The translations under genes were made by a program, and so were the position numbers. The notes under the pieces are model-generated. The model was not told where the DNA came from and searched no databases. It saw only the letters and a list, made by a program, of their open reading frames with translations. A stretch of DNA of 63,147 nucleotides, counting the filler, from Klebsormidium nitens (Eukaryota > Plantae > Klebsormidiophyceae), in assembly GCA_000708835.1 (NCBI GenBank). It is 6 parts of 6 records of this genome, joined end to end, with 100 filler letters (N's around TTAATTAATTAA, not from the genome) between each part and the next. Parts side by side here need not be neighbours in the genome. Positions count along the whole stretch, not along the records: positions 1 to 18,296 come from DF237952.1; positions 18,397 to 42,479 come from DF237862.1; 4 more parts are not named here. One strand, 5' to 3'. Positions within the stretch are counted from its first letter, which is position 1; every line of letters starts with the position of its first letter. Positions 13,301-24,633 of the stretch are shown piece by piece.

Positions 13301-15359
13301 CGTGCACCGCCGCAGCGCCACCGCCTTCATCTTCAGCATGTCGATCAGCCGGCCCTGCCACACGGAGGAAAGGGCTGCACGCATTAGCGCACATGAAGGC
13401 ATCGTAAGAAGCCTCCTCCAAAGTGCGGGAATCCGACCTGAGATCGTCTATGTTTGAAAGAGCAGGCACTCCTTCCTCCATTCGAGCAACTCCAAGAACA
13501 TCGTTCAAACATCCGACGCAATTGCAGATACTTCAGCAGTGGTTCGCAGCTACTGCGGCTTCTTTTTGCTGCCGTGGGAGACGCGTGGCCTCACCGGCGT
13601 GGCGACCACGACCTCCGTCCCGGCCTTGAGCTCCTTGAACTGCTCGAACTTGCTCATGCCGCCCAGCACGCCCGACACTCGGATGCCAAACGGCTTGCAG
13701 AACTTCTTGGCCTCAGCGAAGATCTGCTGCGCCAGCTCCCGCGTGGGTGCACAGATGACCGCGATGGGCCCCTCCCCCTTGCCCAACTCCGGCTGCACGC
13801 ACACAAGGACAAGGCGCACTGCTTCGATTGCAGGGCCAACAAGGATGGCCGAGTGAAAGAGGGCTGCAAAGATGGCCCGGAGCCCAAGAGAGCCTGGATG
13901 TTTCCGAAACGTGGTGCCTTGGTGGTGGTCAAGAAGGACGAGGCCTGCCCTCAGAGTTGGCTCAGAATCTTCGAATAACGTCAACACTAGGATAAATCCG
14001 CAGGGGGTGCAAACTAGCCCGAGCTCGCAAAGAGTCAGTCAATAAGCAACACATCTCTTACGTAGGAACTCCCCCAAGCCGCAGATCGGTACAGCCAGTG
14101 TCCCGGGCGTCATGTTTGAGAGCGGGGCCCTTACCTGGTCCAGGATGTGGCCCACCATGGGCAGCACAAAGGCCGCCGTCTTGCCGGAGCCCGTCTTGGC
14201 GATCCCAATCAGATCACGCCCCGACATCACCACCGGGAGGGCCTGGCACTGGATAGGCGTTGGCACCTCATACCCCTGCTTGGCAATCACCCCCGCCAGC
14301 GCCTCATCAAAACCTGCATGCTGAAAGGTTTTGATGGGCCGCGCCACATCAAAGCCCGACACTCGGATGCCTTTCTGGCCACGGTAAGCCGCCACTTCGG
14401 GCTCGCTCATGGCCGTGATCTCCAGGTCCTCCTCATAGAGATCCTTAGCAAAATCATCGTAGTTGATCTCTGCGTGGTCCACTGGGTCCAGTGGCTCAAT
14501 CTTCTTCTTGTCCAGCGTGACCACCGGGTTGTCGTCGCTGTCATACTCCACCTGGCCCGCATCCACCGCGCGCGCCGCCGCGTACACCTCTTCGTCGCTG
14601 TCGTACCCCGCGTGGAGGGCCTCCTGCGCCAGGGAGAGCCCCGCGTCTTTCCTGCACACAGAGCGCCCAGGTCGCGTCATCACGGAGCACAAGCGGACAC
14701 GAGGTTCAGCAAGGTGACGAGGGGGGGTATTTACATATGACCTGCTGTCCAGAAAATGTTTGATGGCTTGATTGCAGATTCCATACTGACCCAATTGTAA
14801 TAGACAAGTTGCGGGCCAAGTCCCACTCTTCCGCCCACTGGAAGTTTGTGAGGAGAACTCGGTTCCAAGTAAGTTAAATGCTCATCCTCCTTTCCCAAAA
14901 AAAGCGGAACTTGACTCAACAATGGGACGTTGACCAACAAACCATCAAAGGCAGCGTGCAGCTGCACCACTGCTACACAATCCAGTCCCAAGCCCGCACT
15001 GGCGGTCACCTTGCGGCCAGGAAGCTTTCCATGGGGTCCTCTTCCTCCTCGATGTCCGGCTTCTCCACCGGCTTGCCCTCCCCTGCTTTGACCACCTCCT
15101 CATCGATGCCGGCCATGAACGCATCCAACGGGTCCACCTCATCGCCGTCCCCCGCCTGTGCCTGTGCCGGGGCTGGCGGCTCCCCAGCATCATCGTCCTC
15201 CTGTGAGGCGTACCCAATGTTGCCCACGTCCTCATCATCGTCGCTGCCTCCCTGCGAGGGCAGGTACATGGCTCGTCCCGAACGGACTGGCTCCTGAGCG
15301 CGGTATCGCGGACCCTGCCCCAGCGAAAACCCATCATAATCAAACCCGCGCCGCGACAT
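10361..15359 (-). CDS. DDX42: DEAD-box RNA helicase, DDX42/RH24 type; 8 exons
   Basis: Exons 15359-15010, 14651-14135, 13792-13595, 13354-13109, 12914-12740, 12560-12403, 11922-11532, 11247-10361. Motifs [17 protein letters not shown]-motif, [44 protein letters not shown]. Gly/Arg linker and an R/D/E-rich tail ending RRRRWDT. Confidence 0.95.
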
Positions 15360-18296
15360 TGTCAGGCTCCCAACTAAGCAAATACAACAGCTTCCAAGAC
15401 AAACTGTCTGGCGCTTTCTTGCTCCGTTGCAGTACTTAAGTCCTCCCTTTTGATCAACAGTGGGCCGCAACCTGTGCACTGACTGACAACACCGTCTTCA
15501 GAGCCCTACATCACAATTGTCCATTATTCCTTTAACGCCGTTCAGTTAAATTTTAAGCGAGGTGGAGCGGGCGCCATTGTGAATGTGATGCAATTCTGAA
15601 CGTGGTGTGATTAGCCTGGCCCTGAGGTCAATGTGAACCCTGAGGCTGGAGGGTCTCCAACAATTCCCCCAATTTGTGATTTTTTGTTGATAATACTTGT
15701 TCAGTTTGCATGCGCGACTTGACAGTCCGGACTCTCGTGCATAATGTTTTTTGGGTCAGCTAGACACGGGCATAACCAGCTAGCCGATTTATGTTACGCA
15801 ACCTTGATCCGGGCCTTCCCAGATCCAGCCAACTTTTCAGAAGGGTTGAGACCTCACGCATAATCATTCGATTCGAAACAATACTGCAACAGCGCCCTGA
15901 CGTCACGCCAAAACAAAAATTCGACCCATGGCAATAGGTATATGCGACAAAAACATGGACGAGGCAGCGCGTGCGCATCAATTTCAAACCACCCCCATCC
16001 AAGCCTCCCCTCCTGATTTGCCTCACAGCGACCCCACACACCGGGAAGTTTTTGAGCGTCGGGCCGGCCGGACCAATCAGGAGTTCTTTCAGAGAGCCAT
16101 CGGACGGCGTCAACAACTTTAGGAACTTCTCCATTAAAACATCTTGCGGACCAAATAACTTCTTCAGAACTTCTCCGCATCTTTCGGAGGTTGATCGAAC
16201 GAGTCACAAAACTTCTCTAGCTGAACCGAACGGATGTCCATCGGACGGTGCCAGAAACTTCTACAATATCATCCAGCGGTGAAAAGACTGGAGAAGCATT
16301 CAAATTTCACAACATGCCACGCTGGCAGGGCTGCCAGACTCCAAGCGCACTTCAAGGTGTGCAATGATCCAAATGGTGAAGGAAGCAAGCTTGCCGGGCG
16401 TGCCATAGCAATGCAGCCTTCGAGGAGTGCTCTGCAGCGGGCTTGCAGAGTGCTTGGCAGCAGCCAGCTCTATGGCGAACTGTACAGATAGATGTGTTCA
16501 GCCGCCAGCGGCGATGGAAGAAAAAACCTTCTCTTGCAGCTGTGCCAATAGGAAGACTGCTCTTTGGGGAAAATGCAGGAGATGCAGCGAGGCGGAGGGG
16601 AGCTGTGCAAAGCCAGGGAAGAGTTGTCCTGGCGAGCACGCTGCAGAGTATTTGACGTTAGCTGGCAGGCTTTTCTGGTGAGGCTTCATTTCAGGACAAC
16701 TCATTAACAGTGGACGTATGCGCCAACGGGAACGTTGGGTTCAGCTGTCTTTGTAGATGGGGGTACGCAATACTCCATGCTTTTGCACCTTGATTTTCCT
16801 TCAGTTGGTTCACTTCAGCCATCGATTACATGCAGACGTAAAAATGAAGGATTGAGCAGTAGCAGTTTGCTGGCTCTGGCCTTTACTTTCTTCACAGTTT
16901 GAACACATTTCCTCTTGCATTGTAATCCTACTATTGATCTTAGCCTGCTGCACCGCGCTTCGACTAGTGCTTCTGATCATTTGCAGCTACCTTTAACGTC
17001 AAAAGCTCGTTTGCTTTGTTTACCTTGAGAAGGTTCATTTTCAATCTAAGAAGTAGGAGAGTTTTCCAGACCTCCCTTAAGATGTAAGCACTGCACAAAT
17101 CGATCAGGGTGGCCAGCATAGGGCTGCCTCTCCTCAAAGCTGCATTTGTTTCTCTCAATGCTCATCAGTGGGATCAGCGCTCAGCAAGAGGGCTCCTTCT
17201 ATCAGTGCCTGGGTCTGAACAGTTCATTCCTTTCTCAGGCAATAACAGTGGTGGAAGTTGAGACAGATGGCAAATCGTGTTATCAAACTCAAACAGTGGA
17301 AAAGTTGGGTTGTCAGCAATGAATCCACCCTAATACAGTAAGCTTGGGGCCCAATACGCACTCAGATGCTGTGTCCATCTGTTGTCCGTCGATGCAGACT
17401 TAGAAGTTTATTTTTGAGCTCCATTGCTAGGCCCTGGATACCTTCCAGAGGAACGAATCAGATGTAGGAAAGGTCCTCTGAAGGAACGAAGCAACAATCA
17501 CTGCGCGAATGTGTCACTTCTTCATTTTACCAGATTCCTGACTTCCGAAAGAACAGACCATGATGCCAGCTGTCAAGCAGGGCAAGACGCTAACAGCACA
17601 TCAGCGTCAGCTCGTGCGGCCCATGTCAATCGAACCTGCCTAAATCTCTAACACAAATTGACCAGTCATCCTTGCAGGTGGCTAAATCCAGGGGCTGACA
17701 GGCTGGCGTCTATCTAGCAAGACGATACGTCGTGGCAGTCCTCTTCGCCACAACCATTTTGTCTTGCCCGGCCGCCAGCATGAAGTTGGAAGAGAGAGGG
17801 GCAATATTCGGCGTTTGCTAAAAGTCAGGTGAGAGGACTCCTGACCCTGACGCTTTAGAATACTGACCAGAGCATGTTAATCTGAAGAGGGCGGTTAGTA
17901 CAAGGTTGGTGGCTATTGCCGACAATGTTAGGGTGGGCCACATGTGATGCCCGCAAAAGTCCAGGTTTGACGTCGATAATGACAATGAAAAAGATGGCTT
18001 TAATGCATCCCCAACTGCGCGAGACAGGCATGAGTGGCGCAACGCCGTCTTTGATGGAAGCCTGGTCATTTAAACGTATCTCTTCTGCTTGCTTGTAGCA
18101 AATGGTCAGCCAGCCGCGCAACGGCCACTGTCGAAGTACTTTGTTTTAGACCCGAAAATCACCGTTTTATGGCTGCAAGAACAACAGCTCTTACATTTCC
18201 ACTTTTCCTTGAGGCTGAAGTTCAAGCTGCTGACTTTTAGCATTATCTTATGAGATGCATGAATCAGGCCGTAATCAAGTTCTCTTCAGAAGGTCC

Positions 18297-18396
18297 NNNN
18301 NNNNNNNNNNNNNNNNNNNNNNNNNNNNNNNNNNNNNNNNTTAATTAATTAANNNNNNNNNNNNNNNNNNNNNNNNNNNNNNNNNNNNNNNNNNNN
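18297..18396. other. Scaffold gap with artificial TTAATTAATTAA linker (also ~42480-42579, 48443-48542, 56534-56632, 60271-60370); sized gap at 46354-47035
   Basis: Runs of N enclosing an identical six-frame-stop linker. Confidence 0.98.
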
Positions 18397-18856
18397 TAGA
18401 CTAGAAGACTCATATGCTTGCATGAAGATTGGCATGCTTGTCATATGAATCTAGCTTTTGCTGCTTCATACTCTACACACTGCACAGTGCAATGTGTGCT
18501 GGGCAGTCAGCGCCAGGTAAAATCTGCACCAGTCGCTCCTCGACTTTGCTGCGTCCAGCCTGGGCTAGCGCTTTCATTGCATGCTCGAGGAGTCGGAGCC
18601 CGTCGGGGCAGGTGTTACCGAGGGAGTTTGGAGTTTGTATTTTGCATCTTGGTTGCAATCTGCCTAAACAATGTGTGCACACTGTACACTCACCAGACTC
18701 GGGAGTCGGGACCCGGTTGCCCCCGAGGGGGAGGACTGGTCACTGGCGCTGCTCGGGGCCGACTCCAGCGGCCAGCCTTTGTCCTAGGTACCGTGGTCCG
18801 TAGCTTGCACTTTGTACCTAGGTACCTATTTGAAGTTTGTACTTGGCTTTGAAGTA

Positions 18857-19198
18857 CGGTACCTACCGTACAAGACCCTATACGGTATACCGGCTCACCT
18901 TAGTTTCTGACCGCTTATCTGCAATGCTGGGACCAAATATGGACCATTGAGTCTCGGTTTTTTGCACATATCCTGACTTACTGAACCCCATCGAGGGCAG
19001 CAGTCGGATTTTGATTTGGCCCCGAGGAGGTCCTTGCAGCCCTGAAAATCTCGATTTTGGCCAAAAAGGGAAGACAACTTGACGGATTGGCGATCGGCGT
19101 GGTCTGGAACAAGATAACAAATGAACCGATCCACTTCTAGCTCAGCCCGATCCACTTCTGCACACGATTCGGTTCTGGGGCTCGTACGGTAGGTACCG
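18857..19198. mobile_element. Non-autonomous MITE (~340 bp), Tc1/mariner-like
   Basis: Perfect inverted termini: CGGTACCTACCGTAC at 18857 and its reverse complement ending at 19198. Flanked on both sides by TA (18855-56 and 19199-200), consistent with a TA target-site duplication. Confidence 0.6.
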
Positions 19199-20200
19199 TA
19201 CTAACCGTAAATTACGTCGTAGTTTACGTTGTTCTTCCGGGAGAAAGCGTTAGGGAGTTCCGAGTCAGGACTAGGAACTGAAACTGACGCCAGCCAAACA
19301 GACCCAGCGCGTTATCCTGCGCGTAAGTACATGGATGATGGTCGCTTGATTGTACTGGGTTACAATCGTCATTTTACGGAACATGACGTGCGTAACAAGC
19401 GTTCCGCCAATAAGCACTTGGCAGATGCTTTTGTCAGTAGGAACCGGCCTCCCAAAGAGGAATCTAACATCCAGGTCCGCCACGTGGGCCGTGTTCGATC
19501 AAATGGACGGTCCGATCGATCGGTAGGTAGTAGAGGACGGCTGATGTCACTTTGTGAGTAGTAATCATTGTATGCGACTGTCGCACGTGATCCGAAAAGC
19601 ACGTGAGTCCGACTGAGGGCTACCGGTACGGTAGTAGCTACAGTGACCACTCTAGGTATTTCTACTGACCCAAAACCGCAAGTTTGGGTGACGGGTCCAC
19701 TTTCGTCACTTTCGGCAACGGATTCCGGAAGGGATTACCGGTACAATTTTGAACTTACCGACCACAGCGTTTACCCATGGGATACCAACATCCCGTAGAC
19801 TGTAGCATGCCCGGGGGAGGGGGAGGGTTGGTCTGATGGTTAAAGTTGGCCTAGGTGCGGAGAGTTTTAGGTTAGGGTTTTCAATGTGCGTCAGTGCCCG
19901 GGACTTCTGCATTCTGAATCACTCTCATTACAAACCCCAAACCCTCATGCATCGGACCGAATGATGCCAGATCGGGCCGACGGCGCGGCCGCCCCGTACG
20001 TGCTAAAAGCTGCGCGCGGCACAGCCATTCCGACCCAGTGAGGAATCAGGATAGTCATAGAACAAGTCTGAAGTTCATACAGTGGAAAAGTTGAAGCTTC
20101 CGGAGCAGCAAGAAGGAGGGATCAGCTTTGGCCTCTTCTACACTTCTCAGTCTTTTTGCCCGTATTGTTTCGTACCAGGTACTCGCTTTCAGCGAACGAG

Positions 20201-23200
20201 ATGTTGAGAAGCTTGGGGAGGGTTTTTTCCGGTCGGGACGAGACCGACACGCTCCCATGGACCGACGCAAAGATGATTGCCGTAAGTCTGATGTTTTTGG
20301 GGCGTGGAAGTACCACCCGGTTCCTCGTAGAAGAAGTTGCCGTTGGTTGATTTGCTCTGTTGATGTTGCTGAATCACTTAATCCACGAAACAGGTTCAAC
20401 AGCCATATTGAATCCAGTCGCATCCATGTTTGCATGCTGAAACCAACCAATCAGGAGCAATCTGTTCGCCGCAGCTCTGACACTCTCGCTGCATGCTACT
20501 GCTTTGGAGGCAGACCACTGTATTTCAGCCATTGTCCAACCAGGCATAACCCTAATTGGATACAAGTGGTCGTGCTGATCTGCTGCCCTTTCTGCTTAGG
20601 ACTGTGAGAATGCTGCGTCGTCAGACCTTGCTGGGACAGCAGATTCTAAAGACAGTGTGAAGAACCTGGCGTACACTCTCGTGCACTCAACACGAGAGGT
20701 AGATGTCAGGAGGGGCGTTGCTATGTTGGAAAGTGAGCACTTCCCCCAGGCCCCTGCTCTTTCTCTCCTCCCTTTTTCCTTTGCCTTGTATAGTCGCTCT
20801 TGTTCTTCTATCGATATTTGCTTTTCCGTGAGCTTGTTCCACTATTAAGCGCCCTTGCTTTCTTTGTTGCGCTCTCTTTCTCCCTCTCTATTTGGTGCCC
20901 GTGTTGACAAGTTGGTTGTCCAAGGCAAGCTGGTACCCCCTGCCCTGAATGCTAAGTGCCGGATTGTCCGCGCCTGATTTGGAGGGTCCCCATGGTTCCT
21001 GTTGCGTTAGGATGCTTTCGACGCGTTGTGAAACGATCATGATGGTGCCCCACAGGAGCTGTCCATTGAGACCACCTGGTATGTGACTTAGAGTGACAGT
21101 CAAAGGGGGAGTTTTTGGGGATATATGTCCCTACAATGCTGCCGTCTTTTGCATTGGAGGAGCCAAGGTCTATTGAGCATCTGGCTTGGACGGCTGATTG
21201 CAGATGCAGCTGTGGAGAACAACCCCCAACTTATAAGGATTGTGAGGTGTGCTGCTAGTCATAAGTCTCCTCACTTGGTGACAGTCTCCTGTGAGCCTTT
21301 CCTGTGGAAGCATTACGCTTCTGAGAAGGAACACGGGTCTCACCCCATCTGTCAGAAAGTTCAGACGTCGGTCTGCGCGGAAGTTGCATAGACTGGAAAG
21401 GCATTATGCGGTGCTTTTAATGGCTACACCAGTCCCGAATCGTTGAGGAACCAAAATCTTTGAATCACGTTGATGTTGAGTAGAGAGCCTGATATTCTTT
21501 TCCTAGACGAAGTTTTGAAACCCCGTGCCCCTCCCATCTTGCAAAATTCGACCCAAACACCTAATGTTACAAACGCACACCCTAAACAGCGCACTGGTTC
21601 CCAAGGAGCGCTGTCCCCAAACCCGCCAGTCCTGTCTATGCAGCCATGCTGGGGCGTGACACTTCCCCCCTCGAGAAGCGAGAGGTGCTATACCTGCTGG
21701 CGGTTGGCCACTTCCGGTTAGGGGACTACCTGCAGAGCAAGACGCTCGTCGAGCATGCGCTCGAGGTGAGCCCCGATAGCGTCTGTGGCTCCAACAATAC
21801 CACCCAAACCATTTCTAGGCTCGTCCTAGACTGGATCACGCTTGATTTGAGGCGGTAAGAATATGTCTCGATCGTAGTTTCCAAAGAGGTCCTTCTCAGA
21901 AGTCTGCTTTGGGCACTAAGCTGCTCTTCGTTCCTAGGCGATTTTGTAAGGACAGTGCTTCCAAACCATGTTTCGAAAGGTTTCTTTCAGTTCAAGGAAA
22001 AGGAGAACTGACCGGTGTCGGATTGATCGCACCCGTCTACATCTGTACACATTTTCACGATTGAGAGATGCTGCATTTTCGCGATGGACTGCACGTTAGA
22101 AGAACCCTGATGAGGAGGCATCGAAGAACTGTCGCCCTTTTTGAAGAATCGATCTATGTTCGCCTTGTCTTAACCCTGGACTTTACAACAATGGGCAGTC
22201 ATGACGCCCGGTTTTTGCTTCCGTTCAAGTTGAGTTCTGGCCGCTCAGCAAGGTGTCCCTACGCTGGCCAATCTGGTACTGCAAGAATTCTAAGCTTATT
22301 TCGAATTCTCGCCGATGAGCCACTCGAGAACGATCAATTGCAATCAATCGGCCGAAGGTCGAGCTTCGCGTATATTTGGAGGAGCGGCCTGGTGGGACTT
22401 TGATATGGTTCGTTTCGCTCCAAGCCGCACCAACGTTTAGGGACAGATTTCGTGAATTTTGCAGTACTAGCTCGACGGGGCAGTTGTTTTCGTCAGACCT
22501 CATTTTCGCCTGTTGTTTTCCGTGAGAGATGCGATGATACTTGTCGGCTTTTGACAGTGGATCGTGAGGGTTCCTCACGACCGGTTCCTTTCTTTGCAGA
22601 TGGCTCCGGATTTTCGGCAAGCGACGACACTTAGAAAGATTGTCGAGGATCGGATAGCAGCAGGTAAGCCCCCTTACATTTCAATACTCGTCCTCGTCGT
22701 TTCGAGACGACGCGGGCCTGGCATCTTGCAATCTGGGACTTTTCTTTTGGTGCAAGGCGTACTGGAGAGTTCGGCAAGATCGTCGAGGCCACCATCGGCA
22801 TATCACATTGGTACACGAGATACAGCCTTTCTTCAGCATTTCACGGATGATTGAGTTCGTTGGCACTGAAGGCTCTCCTTTGCGAGGACAAACTATCTTG
22901 AGTACTTAATCCCCTTGTCGTATTTTCCGGTCCCGCTGTTTGATGTCGTGAGGCCAGCTCGGCCATTTTAGAAGCGAGCTAGCACTTCAGTTTTGAAGAT
23001 AGAACGGGGCAGCGTCTTGAGGGCGCCGACAAGGATCAGTTACTCTTTGTTGGGGGCTGGCTTCAGGACATGTGGTTGGATTAGAACACAGGGTTGCGTC
23101 AGACCACCGACAGCATCGGCTGGCCGGAGGCAGAGTATCAAAGTGTGACTTCAGCTCGCTTGCAATTCGTCCAAGAGCTTCACCTTCGAGGGCTTGCTTT

Positions 23201-23743
23201 TCAGCGCCTTTCCAGATGCTGAAGAGCGTCGCCGTTACGAATCATGTATGCATCTCTTGTTTGTGATTCCCTCCGTGCATCAAAGACGATATTACAAACC
23301 GTCTGCACGAAAGCTACCTCCACATATTGATCATGCTTCAACCCTGGACGCAAAAACGGCTCAGTGGTTGTAATGATCAAGGTAGCGCTTCCGGTATCCT
23401 GGATTTGAGGTCCTACATTTCATCCAGGTCGAAAGTCAATTTATCAGTACCGCGGGACGTTGCTGACGCTGTCAACCATTACCCACATTGTTGGGCGCGA
23501 GCAAATGACAACGGAAAGCAGCTCACGGACTCTGGAGCTTTAGAACAGACCTGACGAAACGCATGCCCTGTCATTGTGACGGGTGCATTGGTTCAACTTT
23601 TCGCTCTTAAATCTTGGTAACCGGCTGACTTCTCGATTGCTTTCTCTGCAGACGGGCTGATCGGCATCGGCCTAGCTGCCGCGGCCGTGGGCGTCGTCGG
23701 CGCTGTTATAGCGGCTGCAGCAGCCGGGGGTAGGAGGCGTTGA
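20201..23743 (+). CDS. FIS1: Mitochondrial/peroxisomal fission protein FIS1; 5 exons
   Basis: Exons 20201-20281, 20600-20732, 21644-21765, 22600-22663, 23652-23743. LPWTD N-terminus, TPR helices LAYTLVHSTREVDVRRGVAMLE and REVLYLLAVGHFRLGDY, PDFRQA, and the C-terminal tail anchor DGLIGIGLAAAAVGVVGAVIAAAAAGGRRR. An additional upstream exon is possible. Confidence 0.92.
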
Positions 23744-24633
23744 CTGACCACTTAGCAGTGTACATATGTACAGTCGTCAGAACCGGTTCTAAAAGTACTG
23801 AACATCTACCATCTGTGTACAGACCTGTTGTTACGGTGGAATGAAACTAAGCGCTTCTCCATGTGTGCTTGCGAGTATACTGCATGGATGTGTCTATAGC
23901 TTAGTAGGCCGCGGACGGAATAATACTAGCTACACTCGCCCCGGCCGGCCATGCATCGGAGTAATGCATGGGCATCCGCCACAACATGCGTGTGCGTGAT
24001 CTCGTGCGCGCATGCGGTCGCAAGCTAGAATGCACATCGATCCGGATGTCAAGTTGCAAACCTTCAATCAGTCAAGGTTGAGGCCCGCGCGAGCAACATG
24101 ATACATGCGCAGCACCTGATCATTTCCGGCCCATGTGCAACACAGGGAAATGAATGCAGTAGCTGCGCCGATACTCGCCAGCTAGGCCAATTTGGGGCTT
24201 TCGATGAGAACATCGATTGTGGACCCGTACGTCCAATACAACGACTTGTTGAACCCTCCAAACCTAGCAGCTTCAAGGAGTTGCCCAAACGACTTTGGAC
24301 TCAAGCGGACGGTAACTCATGCAAAACCTTGTTAGTCGCTACTGTCTCCCGGCTGCTGCAAATCAACAAGATCTATGCGTCCTGGGTCAAGGCCTCTTCA
24401 ATAAGCTTCCGCACAGTCGGCGTCTCCCGGAGAGTCTCGTGCGCGGACTCGACTGTAAATTTCCCCGTCGCCAGCAGCAGCGCGGTCGGCACGACCTTGA
24501 ACGCCTCGGCCGCCTGCAAATAATTTCGATCAATTCAATGTCAAGTAAGCAGCAACCGGGAAGGATAGAATTAGTCAGCGAAGGAAATTGGGTTCAGGTA
24601 CGCAGCACGTAAACTCTGAGTTGGGTTTTCAGC

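Noticed and set aside
10258-15479. Many long overlapping or antisense ORFs over DDX42 (likewise over GT47, GKRP-like and KDZ exons)
   Set aside because: Shadow ORFs expected from high GC3 and low stop-codon frequency; no independent motifs.
16427-16681. Cys-rich short ORF in the unannotated 15.5-18.3 kb region
   Set aside because: No recognisable zinc-finger spacing and no convincing splice context. The region is left unannotated, not shown to be non-coding.
18341-18352. TTAATTAATTAA recurring five times inside N-runs
   Set aside because: Artificial scaffold linker with stops in all frames; not biological.
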